A stretch of 64,000 nucleotides of DNA from Podarcis erhardii (taxonomy: Eukaryota): assembly GCA_964252035.1 (NCBI GenBank), contig OZ176200.1; one strand, written 5' to 3'. The notes below the pieces were generated by a model, which saw only the letters and a program-made list of their open reading frames with translations, did no database searches and was not told where the DNA came from. The stretch's first letter is position 1, and each line of letters starts with the position of its first letter. The position numbers were made by a program, and so were the translations under genes. Positions 37,618 through 51,486 of the stretch are shown here, one piece after another.

Positions 37618-40600
37618 AGGGGGCTGCTCAGACACACACAGGCAGGGTTCCAGCTTCTGGCAAGAGAGAGGCCTCCTGATACATCAAAGCTGTGCTTAAA
37701 CCTTTAAAATCAGCAGCTCCTCATTCCACCTCTAATCCATTCGGATTTTCTCCTTACTCTTTTTCACATTCCTTGGTGCTAGCACGGCACACCAATTGTT
37801 GGAAGTGTTTTGTTGCATGGGAAGAGCTGGTTATAGAACTGGACGGCATCAGAGGAACCCTCTGCATTCAGAAAACTAAGCAGCTGTGTAGTGGGAAAGC
37901 TGGTGTATGTCTCACATATATGTAAATTTCTTTTGGCAGAGTGTTAGTAGATGTGCTGCATGTTAGATTCATTTCCAACTGAAATGATAAAACCCTGCTT
38001 TTCCACTGCATTTCCCTAGCACAGATCTTATCACAGGGAAATGGTGGTTTTTCAGTAACAACCAGTTCACTGGGTAACATGAGCTGGGGGTTATGTTACT
38101 TCCCATGCCCTGTAGTCACCCCAGCTGATTTATTTACCTGTTGTGGTTGCTAAAGGCACAGAGGCAGTTACAGCTTGGGGGCAGGTAGAGTGTCAGGTCA
38201 GCTGTTAAGCCTAGCCTTTAAAGGTTGCAAAGGTTGCAATAGAAAAATATGATATTCAGTGGATAAAGCACACACAGCCACAGTTCCCCACCCCCAAATT
38301 CCCCCCTTTATCTGAAAGCTCTCCTGTGACTTCAAATCTGCCCATCAGAAATTCAGCCACTGTGTATCTCAGAAGAGTTCCCCCTGCCCCCTTCCATGTC
38401 TTGTAAACTATTTTTACTCATCTGCTGTGATTTCTTCTCTGACTTCTAACTCAGGAGTTCTCATGCTTTCTACCCCCCAGCAACCACCTGAGAGGCCTAC
38501 CAAACACAAAATGGCAGAGCCAGTAATAGAATGGTGGTGAATGGAGGCAGAGTTTATTCTAATCATCTGGCATAATTGTTCACTGGTATCTAATCCATTT
38601 CTGGAACCTGCTAAATTCTCTGCCAAAGTGGTTTCCTTGTGACAAGGAGTTCCATAGTTCAGCTTTCCTCAAGCTAAGTATAAATATTGGAGTTACCATG
38701 ACTCAGCCTCTCCTTTATGGGCAGAATTTGCTGAGCTAGAGGCTAAAAGGGGAGAAGGCATTTTATCTGCACATACCTCTTTCCCCCCAAAAACACACAC
38801 ACACACACACACATGCCATTCAAAAAAGTATTTTTCATAATCTCTCATTTCTTCTCCCCATCTCCTTTCACACTTAACTTGTATCCTACTTTCCCCTGCC
38901 AGAAACAGCCTGCTTCTTTAATCCCTTCTCTTTGTTCCCTTTACGTTCGCTTCTTCTCTTACTTCCATTCTTTTTATTCCCAGTTAATTTTACGTAAATT
39001 AATATTTAATCTCTCTAATTTAAAGGGCTCATCAATCTCCCTTGCAACAAGGCTTCCCTTACCATTGTGGGAAGCGGGGACAGTATAGTAGTTTACTATT
39101 GCAGGATCCAGCTTCTGCTACTTTTATTACATTATCTACAAGTTTTGGGGGGCATCGTCAGCTTTCTCTCACTCTTCCACCTGCATAGGAGCATCTCAGT
39201 GATGGATGAGCACAGCAGCTAGAAAAAAGAGTTAAGGAACTTTCTCCTCCCATCTTGACATAAGCTATAAAGGGTGGGGAGGGGGGTAGATCAGTCTCAT
39301 GCCTTGCGTGGCTGGTGCACAACCTAGACTATCCATTAGTTGTTATAGCAACCACATTATTATTTCCTCTTGCGTTTACCACTCAATTCCCCCCAAAAGC
39401 ACACAATTCTGGCTGATGTGGCTTCCAGGAGAGGCTCTGGCCACAGGTACACAGGCTGCCACCACCTACGGCTTCTTGTTGCCTTGTTCCACTGGGCTTG
39501 AGTCTGAATGATCTCCCTTGTTCTTGCCTGATGCCATGGGCTCTCTGGTTCACTGTGTTGCCACCTTCCCGCAACTAGCTGTGTGTACGGCTGCATCTGT
39601 GCTCCTACATGTTTGTACGCAAGCTGGGGTGGATCTGTCCGTGGTCTGTGTAGGGTAGCATCTCTTTGGTCAGCGCCTGTAGCCACCATGCCATAGAGGG
39701 GGTGGCTTACCCGTGCAGTCCTCATGATGTTGTTGGACTTTCCAAGTCAGATCAGCCCTCAGCCAGCATGGGGAACAGTATGGGATGATGGGAGGTGGTG
39801 TAGGACATCTAGGAGGGCCACACATTTCCTAGGCCTGATATAAGGAAATGCAAGTTGCCTCAAGTATAATTCACTGCAGAATAAATCAGTGGGATAGAGC
39901 TGCTTAGCCAAAATCCTAAGCCATTTTTTTGCTGCAGAACCCCCCACTCCCAGTACAATGCTTGAAAGGCAGCTAAGAAACTGCAAGTAAGTTCGATCTG
40001 CACCTAACTTCTGGCTGAGTTACTTTTAGGATTGCCACTCAACCGACTGGTTTTGGCTCCCGATTATCTAGTTTATGATGGAGCACAAGAAATTTAATAA
40101 GCTTGGGCATGTAACACCAGAGGCTAAAACACTAAAGCTCAGAGCAGCTTCCCAAGGATTCTCAGGCAGTCTCCCCCTGTATATGGCTTTCAGGGCCAAA
40201 CTTGCTCAGCTTGAGCAATGCAACTGCTTTTAAGCAGAACACCCCTCTCTGGTAATTGCAACCACGGGACTACCCAAGAACCATAAGGGCTGGGCTGGAG
40301 AAGAGAGACCACCAGCTAACATGATAAAAAGCAGCATGAAAAGAGGAGGTGCATTTCAGGCACCAGCTAGCCTCTGATCATCAAAAGCCTCTTAACTGTA
40401 AGCAAGAGGTTTGGAACTTTTAGAAACTTTACTGATCACCCCATTTGGGAATATTTATTTTTAGTGAGGAGGCCACTGCATCCAGTGAGGCTTCTGCATG
40501 TTCTCTAGGCCAGGAGTTTGTTATAGGAGGCACAGCCTGGCTTGTGTCTATGACTGCAGCGATTCTTCCCAGCAGGCCAGCTTGGGGAACAGGACTTATC

Positions 40601-40735
40601 CTCTGGGATATGTAGTTCATGGAAGGAAACAGCTGCTTCCCAACCGAATCACACCCATCAGACAACAAAGAGGGAGAAGCATAGGCAGGATCCTTCTCCC
40701 ACTGTGGTATTAACTTTTTTCATTCCCTTCTACAG

Positions 40736-40758
40736 GCATCGACCGGTATTCAATCTGA
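40736..40758 (+). CDS. PRKAG3: Candidate alternative terminal coding exon of PRKAG3 (GIDRYSI*)
   Basis: Strong acceptor ttttttcattcccttctacag at 40735. It is phase-compatible with an internal donor CAG|GTATCG at 37023 in the last exon, and repeats the G-I-D tripeptide of the unspliced end. Confidence 0.6.
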
Positions 40759-41640
40759 TGCCATTAAAGGCCACACTTGCTACCCAGCACTTTGGGTTAC
40801 CTCCAGGGCATCTATGACACATGAGGGTAAGGTGGGGCTTTCCAGCCCATGAAAGAGAGAGAGAGATTTCTTCCTAACAGGCAACATTGGTGCTTTGGCT
40901 GCGTGTTCCTCCTATGATGCAGAAAGAGGTGAGAGAAGCAATAAGAAAGGAGGATCTGAACTGCAGAACTGTAAATAGATTTTTCAACCGCTGAAATCTG
41001 CTAGAGTGTTATAGAAGCAGCCATGCTACAGATGGAGAGAAAGCTGGCCCTGGTTGAACATTTGCACCTGTTGCTTGTCTCCTTTTTCTATCCCCTGCTG
41101 ACTGTAGGACATGTTATCATGCACAAAAATCCATCCTGCTTCAAGGCCTCTAGCAGATGCTTTTGACTGAACTGAGGTGACTGCTACTGCTCCAGACATA
41201 TGGACACTCAAGAAGGCCCATGTCACTCACAAGAGGAAGGTAGACTACAATCGCAGTGGTTTGGATCCATGACTTCAACAGAGAAAGGATTTCCGCATTA
41301 GACCCTGCTGCTTTGGAGAAAAGGCAGGTTGCTTCCAACACAGGTCTAAACACTTAGCAGGCTATTGCATTATTTTTATTGTTGTGATTTTTCATTGTAC
41401 CTGAACCAGCAACAAGGTGTGAAGCTGACGTGACCTAAGCTGAAGAAAAATAATTTAAGAGGAAACGGGGAGTTCTGAAATTCATGGAAATGCTTTCAAA
41501 TGTATTTTATACTATTACAGAACACTATGGGGTCACTTTCTGTCAACTTTAGAAAAAACCTAGCTCAGTCCACCATTTTCCTATAGCTGACAACAAGCAA
41601 CTTGCCATCTTTCCTCAGTAAAAACCAAGGCTTTTGACTA

Positions 41641-41865
41641 CAGTGGTACCTCTGGTTACATACTTAATTTGTTCCAAAGGTCCATTCTTAACCTGAAGCA
41701 CCACTTTAGCTAATGGGGCCTCCTGCTGCTGCTGCGCAGCGGTGGCACAATTTCTGTTCTCATCCTGAAGCAAAGTTCTTAACCCGAGGTACTATTTCTG
41801 GGTTAGTGGAGTCTGTAACCTGAAGCATCTGTAACCTGAAGCGTATGTAACTCGAGGTACCACTG
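41641..41865 (-). mobile_element. Tc1/pogo (Tigger-like) MITE, copy 3 (inverted)
   Basis: Same family in reverse orientation, with TA flanks at 41639-41640 and 41866-41867. Confidence 0.88.
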
Positions 41866-42000
41866 TATTGAGTTCCCCTAGCAGCAACAGAAGGATTTGC
41901 TAGGAGGTAGGTAGCATTTTCCCAGCAGACTTAGTGGGGAGGGTCTCACTACAGGAAAGCATGCAGTTTCTCTTCTTGTTGTTGTGTTCATGTTCTTTGA

Positions 42001-42512
42001 AATAAACTTTCATATTAAGACACAGACTATATGCAAACAAGCATGATTACGTTTGTTTGTATGCATAAGGTACTTGGATATTACAGGGAAGTAGAAAGTT
42101 CCTGGGGATAGTTACACCTTTTCTTTCAACACCCATCTTGTATCCCACCCATCTTGTATCCACTGGAGGCCACATGTTCAGGGGCCAGTTGGTGATGCTA
42201 TTACGTTTCACAGGAGGAGCAATGCATCTCCAGGATAGGGGGCAGCCAATAGGGGGCTCTGCAGATGTTTTGGATTAAAGCTGTCATCAGCTCCACCCAG
42301 CATGGCCGGTGGTTGTAACTGTGGTCCAAAACATCTGAAGGGCACCAGATTTGCTGCTCGCTGCTCCAGGAAGAAAAAAAGAAACTAGCAAGGGCACATT
42401 TAAAGGTAGGAGAAAGGAAGAGGGTGGACTTCTTTGAATGATAAATAGCAAGACTGTCACATGCTGATATTATAGTTTTATTATGATAGATTGATAACAG
42501 AGTGTCTTTATT
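42001..42512. terminator. Candidate tail-to-tail poly(A) signals: AATAAA(+) 42001-42006 for PRKAG3, and AATAAA(-) 42477-42482 and 42507-42512 for the RACGAP1-like gene
   Basis: Hexamers are seen in the interval between the convergent genes. Actual use cannot be shown from sequence alone. Confidence 0.35.
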
Positions 42513-43957
42513 ATTAGGCTATTAGGATCTTCTTGTTCAAGTCTTTTCAAATATATTTATGAAAGAAAAATCCACAATGGAATTTTAATGGGGACCCGAA
42601 AATTCAAAGCACCCTTTGAGAGCATCCTCATCCACACCCAATTCCCTGCTGTTGACCATGCCTTTAAGGCACTCAGCACCCATTAGAGGGACCTCACTGA
42701 GCATTTAGAACCACAGTTCCCAGCCATTGGAGTAAGGTTGACTCACACATTGGAAAAGAAGTTCATGCTACAGCTCCTTCCACTCAAAGGGGAAATAATT
42801 TGTTAAGAGCCATAGAATCTTTCAGGTGGCAAGAACCCAAAATTCCCTCAGCAAAATACATAAGTTTAGAGCACTGCTGAAACGAGCAGAGAAAGTGAAG
42901 GGATTGGGCAGGAGTAACTGAAACAAAACCAAGGCATTGCTCTGGACAGTCTTTCATCTCCCATCCTTCTTTGATACTATTCACTCCAGAAGGATATGTG
43001 GACATTTTAGCCTCAGGAGACTCTTACGACATTTTCATAACTGATTGATACAGGGTAATGCAAAAGTACAGAGCTAAGAAGTCTTGCTTCCTTAAGTTCA
43101 GCATCAATTAAGTTCCATTGGTGATTAAGGCACACCCGTTAACAGTAAATGGCCTCACTCAGGGCTGACATGTGGCCAAGCTGGGTCAGAGGTACTACTT
43201 CTAGGATGATTCTGGGCAGAAGGGATTGATTGGGTGGTGCGCCAGCACAGCTGACACCCCCACAAACCCCAAATCAAGTAGGCACAGGAGTTACAGAAAC
43301 TGTGAAGGGGGGGGGATAGTAAAACCAACCTCATGTGCTAGTAAATACCACCACTTCGTGTTTAGCCACTCCAGTTTTTGAGGAAGCTGCCCTCTGTAAA
43401 CATGTAAGTGCTCTAACGAGGACCAGGGACAGCATCAAGAGCAGAAATCGGTGATTGAGGTGATGAGGATTCTATTGCTAGAAAAACCTCCCAATGTGCC
43501 ATGTTTGGTTTTTTATCAGAATGATACCACTAATGAACTGCTCCAGGAAATGACTTTCCCCATCCACCACATGACAGCAACTCTGCCATTCAAGTATAAC
43601 TGGTAATGGACATGGGGGGAAAGGCACAAAAGGTATGCACACAAGGTAAGCTGAACCCAGTTTTCACTGCCCCAGAGTCCATCATAACAGAGGAAACAGA
43701 TGGCTCAAGAACATGCCTGGAGTTTTCAGCAAACTCAGAAGTCCACAAAGCAAGACCCAACAGTATGAAAGGGGAGGGGTAAGATCTCCTCTGTTCCTGA
43801 TCATGTAGGTTGGAGAAACGATTGTCAGCCACCGTTAAGAGATAAGGCACATAGCATCTCCCTTTGAAATGTGAGGACACAGTCCTGGAATCTGGAGGTG
43901 GCAAGGAAGAGGGTTGCTGGGAGGAAGCCAAGGCAACGCTGGTGCATCAGAGTTGCT

Positions 43958-46900
43958 TCATGATACTGGAAGTGGGAAGAATTTGCCCGTCTTCTTGGTG
44001 CGGGAGGCATTCCTGGCAGAAGACAAAACAGGAGAGGGAGACCCCAGAGTGGACATCTATGGCAGCCCCCTTGGCAGCAGCCCCTCTGGGCAGGTGAAAG
44101 GAAGGTCAGAGAACCCCCACAACATGTAGGAGCCTCCACACCTCAGGGGCATGGGCACATGGACAGCTGTGGCAACAAGAGTTTGATAACCCTTCCCAAA
44201 CCAACCCAGTCCTTATCCAAGGATGGTAGCAGCACTCAGTAGCAGCAGGGTTGGGGAATCTTTTTCAGCCAGAAGAAAGCCTTCCCTCACAGGCAACCTT
44301 CCTGGTGTGGCAAACTAGTGGTGAGCAGGGCCGGAAGCAAAAGTGGTCAGAGCAGCCGGTGTGACTTATCATTGACTATCTTTGGACTATGTTCCAGCCA
44401 TACGAAAACCAGAAGTTCTCTCACACACACCCAAACAGACACTTGCTACTTCTCCATCCAGACAAGCAGAGCACCATCATAGTTTAACAGCACATTCCAG
44501 CTAGGCAAAAGCAGGGAGTGGAGCAGTATCTGTGAGGGGAAAGTCCAGGGAGACCCGACAAGGAAGCCTTGATGGCTGCATTCAGCTCACAGGTCCCCCT
44601 CCCCTGCAACCCCACAAAATGCACCCCAGGCAGCTGTGCCAGCTCACTTACGAGGGTGGGAAGGTGGTCCCAATGCAGTCCCATAGCTTATTAGGGAGAC
44701 AGCCACCTCCTGGGCTCATCTGGATGGCGCTGACTTCAGGGGGAGTCAGAGGAAAGAAGATCTGGTCTGTGGGTGGAAGGTTGGAGGGAAGTATTAGGTC
44801 CAGCTCCCGCCCCCCCCCCCGTCCTTCGGAGGATCACCAAAACTGAGTAAGGATGGGGCTCCTATATTTCTTCCTCCCCAAGCCACCCACACTTCAATTC
44901 ACCTTGCTCATTCACGACGCTGGGCTTTTGCACCGAAGGCACCAGGTTTTCCTGCTCTTCTCCCACAAAATGTCTCCAGAACGAAAGAGGCAGTGCTAAG
45001 AGATTGGCAACCACCTGCAGGGGAATGGAATCATGTTAGCTTTTGTCTGCCGCCTAATCGTGAAAATTCTTCCCTATCTGCCCCACCCGGCCTTCATTAG
45101 CTGGTTCTTGCTTATGTTCCACAGAGGTGTTTATCTGCCCATTGTTTTCACATGGATTCAGTTCTCATCATAAATTTATTGACAATGTGGTAGAGATGAG
45201 AGCTTGCAAAAACACTCTCACAAGCCAATATTTGGAACAAAGCATTCAGAATAATTCTCTGAACTCTGCTACTTGAGATGCAAGAGCTTTAATTAAGCAG
45301 CAGTCAGTTACGCCCCATTTGTTACCTTGACTTTTGACTTTCTCACTGCAGCTTTCATGCTCTTATGAAATTTTATGGAATAAGGAAGCCATGGCACATA
45401 GCAAGGGCTCACTTGCTGAATTTTGCACTGGACTAAAATTAGCGTTTCTGGGAATCTCAGCTCCCCCCCCACCTTTTAATATAAAAAAGCAAGTTTCTAG
45501 CCCGTAAGACAAAAATAAAATATTAAAAATCTGTTTAAAATGCTTGGCAAAGTCTCAGAAGTAAGCAGGATTTCCCACAGTCAGGACTTTGTTCCTGCCT
45601 TTGTCACAATTAGCAGAAGCATTTCTCCAAGCTCAGCGTACCTCCCCACATTCCACTGAGTTCACAAGAGCTACCCTGGTGCAACAAAAATAATCAATCC
45701 TCAGTTCCAAACTACATCAGGATTTTGCTTGATGTACAGTCTGAGCATTGTGCAGTCTTTCCTGCAGGCCCACAGAGGGTCAGAAAAAAATTAAATACTG
45801 CACACAAGTAACAAATACAGGTTGCGTCTGTTACCAGGCATTGACGTGGTGTGTCTTCCAAGATGATGCGTGGGGAAGGGCTAGGATTACTGTGCCCAAC
45901 TAGAGTCGGTCCAAAGATACGTGCTAGGTTGTGCCGGTCCATTCGACACTCAGGGCTCTGCATGACCCTAAGGATAGAGAGATGGATCCATGGAGTCAAA
46001 GGCCAAAGGCTAAAGCAGAATCCTTCTAACCCAAAGGTACAAAGCCCAGCTATATCCATAACATTCAGGGTGTCCATAACATGGATGGTGGGCATCACAG
46101 CAGGGTCAGAAACCACGGTTCATGCAGGCCACACAATGGGTGAAGCAACCAAGCCCACAAGACAAGACAAATTGCAGGGGACAGGATTAGACAAAACCCA
46201 TCATTAGCAGAAAATGTATTCCTGACGCCCCTTGATGCAACAGATATCCATTATGTTTGTTGCTTTAAAGTGAGAAGTGCATTATCTGATGTAGCAAATA
46301 AGTGTCCCAAAACAGGTTTCTGAACAGTTACTGTGGATCCAATCAATGAACAGAAAAGAGTGGTGTTCAAACCTATTGTGCAAGACAGGAAAATACCCAC
46401 AGTAGCAAGTGGTGCAGCCAGCACTTTCAACAAGGATTGATGATGGAACAATTGCCAGATACTTATCTGCTTGCCCTTGTACAGAGTAAGAAAATTAAGA
46501 AAAGGAAGACCTTTATGGAATGAAATGTAAAGGCCTCTGCCTTTACAAATGGGGGAGCAAATTCACAACACTCCTAACATGCAGAAACAGTATTATGTTG
46601 TTTCAAAGGAAAATACATGGCTTGAACATGCAGTGTCACCTTTTGCCAAGGCAGAAATCTCCACCAAGTTGAGGGAAAGTTTTGCACATTTTAGAGTCCC
46701 AGGTATCCCCCTTCAAGCCCTCACCAGCTTACCTATGGAGATGCAGCACCAGAAAAGCCAGTGTGTCCCTATTGGCCAGAGGCAACTTCATCACAACATG
46801 GCAGAGTGCAGTCTGGCGAGCAGCTTCATCTGGAATTTCTGGGTGGGAAGAAAATAGTGCTATGAGGTTGGGGGCGGGGGCGTTTCATTACTACCACTCC

Positions 46901-49900
46901 AGAAAAGGCACTTTCCACCTACTGGCTTGTCCAAACTCACCTGAAGCACGCAGGAAGGCAGGGTGCAGGGCAAAGGTCACTAGAGGTTCCTTCAGGCTCC
47001 TCAGAAAGTCCTTGAGAACTCCACAGATCACATTGACATCAGCCACCTGGTCCAGTGAGGGAAGCGCTCCTCGGGCACAAAGCAGCTTGCGCTTCCATTC
47101 TCGAATGAGGTGCTCTGAACCTGGCACTCTGTATAGCCCAGCCTGCAGATCACGAGGAGCAAAAGACAAGAGAAACAGATGCACACACAAAAGCTTGTAA
47201 CGGCCACTAAGGTACAGTCCCAGCTGGCACCTCAGGCCTGAAATCATTACCACTAGTCAGAAGCATCTGCCGGCACCATTTTGTGGCCTTGCCTCTTTCT
47301 GCTTTTTAAAGATGTCACGGCCATTTTGTGTAATGTCGCACCCTCATGGATACTTTAGGACTTGAAATGTGAAAGACAGGGCCTTGGATTGGGCCTGGAA
47401 TTATATAATTAACTCCTGTGGCTGGATAAAAACAGGCACTGGGTATGCAAACCCATCTCCCACCACCAGTAAGGAGGGTAGCAGAGGCAGAGAGTTCCAG
47501 GCCTAGGGAGAAGGTCAGAGCAGGCAACACCAACACAGGATGTCCAATGAGAAAGCTCAGAGCATGCAGAATGCAAAGAACGAGGGGACAGATAAGGAGA
47601 ACAGCAGCAGCAGCAGAGATCAGAAGTAAGATTATGAAGAGCCTAAAGAGGCTGAGAGGAATTTGGGGAAGAAAAAGTAGCCAGTGAACAGAAATATACA
47701 AATATTAAAAATGCATTAGAAAACCAAACAACCAGCCAAGATGAAAAAGGAAAAGAAGATCAGAAGTCAGGAGAAGCAAGGGAACTAAATGCAACACCTC
47801 TATCCCAACAGCTAGCATAGGGGAAGTAGGGCAAAAAGAAAAATATCACAGAAGTTGTGCAGTGACAGAATTAGATGTGGAAATCCAGGTTGATGACAGT
47901 TAAGAGTAAACTATCAGCAGCTCAACCAGCCTTTCAGAGCCCCACAGCTGCCCCCCCCCACAAACGCACTTACCTCCTTCAGGCCACGCCTTTCCACTTG
48001 ATTCACACACTGGATGACTAGTGGGGGCACCAGAGGTGGGGTGGAGGGTGCAAAATCTGCCAGAATGCCCTGAGAAGACACGGGGAAGCTTAGAAGAGGC
48101 AGCTGGTAGTCGGGGGTATACTGCCTGACAGTGGAGGAAGAACACAGGCATTGTGGCTAGTAGCCATTGATCATGGCTAGTAGCCATCAATGTGGATTGG
48201 GGGGGGGGGGAAACAGCTCAGCCATACCTGCCACACACAAGTCACCCCAGCCTCCCGAATTGCTCTTGCCCCCGGCAAAGCCGGCAGCACTGCAATAAAA
48301 GCCCCATGAGCTCCCATCCCAGGGAAGCGTCCTCACCTCTCTCGCTCTGGGGGAGGCAGTCGGCCTGCACATGGACGGGCTGCGTTCTTTGCACTCAGGA
48401 TGCACTACAAGTTGGCAGGGCCGACATTTCAGGGCCATCTTCCCAAAGCGCAGGCGGGATTTGCAAACCGCACACGACTCCAGGCTGATCATCTTGTAGC
48501 CAGGGAAGAGGGAAGAGCATTAGATGAGCACAGCAGAGATCAAGAGGAAAAAGACCACAGGCTTCCCATAGCTTGCCCCTTTGTACAATATCCCTCTAGC
48601 TTGAATTTGTCCAATGGAGCTCTTGGATTTATTTATTGCATTTATACACTGCCTTTCTGCCAAAGCGGTTGGCAGTTTTAAAACATCAAATAAATGATAC
48701 AAAAAGCATAGTTGGCCCAGGGGTAGGTGGGGAGGGGAGAGTCCAAGTGGCACAGGCTCTGGTGCTGCCCCTGCCTGCCCCCTACCCCAATCTCTTCTTC
48801 ATGGAGCTTTTTTTGGAGGTATATTCCACACCATGTTACTGGCATGATCCTTAGTTCCTTAGTGGTGGATTTGTACTGGAGCACCCACACATTGTTCCAC
48901 TTTATCAGCTATCCTGAGATGCTTTCAAAATGTTACTCCATGATTGCCACCAGGGCGAGCACTCTTGGGCAAGACAGAAGCAGAACTTTTGTGGTATGCA
49001 GTGTTACAAGATTTTAACAGGAAGTTATGAGACTTGCACAAAATTGGAAACAAATGCAGACGGTTGGCTTAGGAGAACCCAGTCAACCTATCATTAAGAG
49101 CAGTGTTTCCCAACCTTGGGCCTCCAGCTGTTTTTGAACTACAACTCCCATCATCCCTAACTAGCAAGACCAGTGGCCAGGGATGATGGGAATTGTAGTC
49201 CAAAAACAGCTGGAGGCCCAAGGTTGGGAAACACTGATTAAGAGCACTTGAAAGCATCCCAGCAGATAAGCACTCCAGCTGAGGTCGTTGCTGAGAGGCA
49301 GCCCTGTTCTTCTTTTCTCACCGTCTTGGAAGTAAAGTGGTGCTCTTGGAGGGGTGGTGTTCCCTGTGTGGGAGAAGGAGAAAAGGGGTCCTGAACACCC
49401 ATCAACTCAGTCCTAATCTTTGTGCCAATGGTGTCACTCTCAGCCTGGCTATTACCGGTACTTCTGCCTGACCCTTCACTGCTGCCCCAGAAGGAAGTGA
49501 CGTCTGTGGAGAGAAGACCACACATCAGAGACACATTTAAAGGCATGGAAACTTTCGTCCAGCATTCAAGCTGGCACCTCCCAGAAGGCACTGTTGGATC
49601 TTAGCACTGGTCTACCTACTTCCATCTGCAGGCTCCCATTTGGAGTATGACACCCTGGAGGTGCAGAAGCACACAATCAGGAGCTAGTGTGACTGCTCTG
49701 TGTGGACAGAGTTGGCCAGGAACCTGGGCTAAGGTGGGGCAGACAACTTGCTCAATGCCCTCCAGTAGTCCTGGGCTTGGGAGCATGGTGGCGGTCAACT
49801 GTCCAGAGGACAGACAGGTGGGAGAATGGACTCAAAAGTTTGCAAACCAGACCCCATCTTTAAAGGAGGGGGAGACAAGCCAAATAATCTCCCTGCTCCT

Positions 49901-51452
49901 CATAAAGCCATTCTTGCTATTCTAGCTCCTATGAATACATACCTCCACATCTGAGATCACTATTAAACCATTTGGACACACTCAGGGTCTGCCTGCCAGT
50001 CTCTTGCACATAACATGGCTCGTGGTTTTGTGGTTCCACCACTACTCCTCCTCTAAACCAGCACTGCCTCCTAACATGTTTGGACTGGACACCCTTTCTT
50101 CAAAGGAAAGGCATAGGTACCCTGAGCATGTACTGAGTGGATTCCCCATCCCCACTTACAACTAAGGAAAACGGGATGGCGATGAGGAGCCCAGGCAGAA
50201 CAGGATTTTTCGTCCCTTCACTGTCCCCAACTCCCTTTACAGCATTCTGGAATTTTGGAAACTGAAAAGCTTATTGCAGCATATTCTCTAGTTCTACTGC
50301 TAAACCTTCTGTCAACACTCATTACCTAACCATGTCTGCCTTCAGAACAGGCCAGGCCACACCCAAAAAAGGAGGAGGGAAGAGGCACCTGAGCGTGTGG
50401 ACAGGCAACGTCTCTGCTGGGATCGGCGACGGGGCACCACAGCAATCGGGGGCAAAACGTGGGCAGTGGCTCCGGATCTCAGAGTCGCCACAGACATCTT
50501 ATTGGCCTGGCAAGATTGGAGGGGAGGGGCAGAGAATGATGAATGGCAGTCTGGATCAAACCCCTTTAAATGAAGGATGCAGGATTATTCTCTCTCACAC
50601 ACACATACACACGTTCAAAGGAATTTTAACCCTAAGAGCTTGCAGAACATAAGGGAAACCCCGTTTTACTTGAAGCTTCATTGCCCTGTTTGATCACGCC
50701 ATGTATAACACATACCCTGCTGTGCAATCTACCACATTGCAGTATCTTTTTATCAGAGACATTTATTATCAGAGCTGATTTTGCAGTGGTGTCAAAGGTT
50801 GCAGGCTGGGTCTTCCCTTGTACAGAGATACGCACAAGGGCATCGCCAGGTACTTACACTTGGAGGCGGAGGTGCCACAGATGTTTGTGCAGATTTGGTT
50901 GTTGCCACTGGCTGAATCAGGGGCACGAGGGAGGAGCACTGGAGGAGAGAAACAGGTGTGAGAGCAACAGGAAGACAGATCCACGTAATTCCGGGTGAGG
51001 GAAGCTCAGCACAAATTGCTTGCCATTTTTCAGACTATCAACAAGACAGAGCAAAGTAAATGGTGGGATACAGACGAAGACGTTTTCAAATAATTGAATG
51101 TGTAATTAGAATTGCATATGGGTGAGGAAGATTTATCTCCTCCTGTCCAGTTGTGGTCTCTGATGAAACAGATGTTTGAGGCATGCACACAGAAATAATA
51201 TAGGACGGGTGCTTCAGTTCTGGAATATGTGACAGGATGCTTCCCAGCCCCACCTTCACTTACCCCTTTGTCTCTGCCTTTGAGGGATTTTATCACTTCC
51301 AAATCCTGGAAGAAAACAGAAAAGGAAAGCTTGAGAAAGGATGTAGACACATTTGTAGCTCATGGGCTACTTAAAATGAAGGCCCACCCTGAGCTTGAGC
51401 ACATCTTACCACTTCTTCCAATCTCAAGTTTTGAACTATGTGTATACATACA

Positions 51453-51486
<34 letters not shown>

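Noticed and set aside
49616-49798. Minus-strand ORF with a fair acceptor (LTATMLPSPGLLEGIEQ..) as a RACGAP1-like exon
   Set aside because: No convincing phase-1 donor, and the 118-nt exon at 50506-50389 already joins the neighbours in frame.
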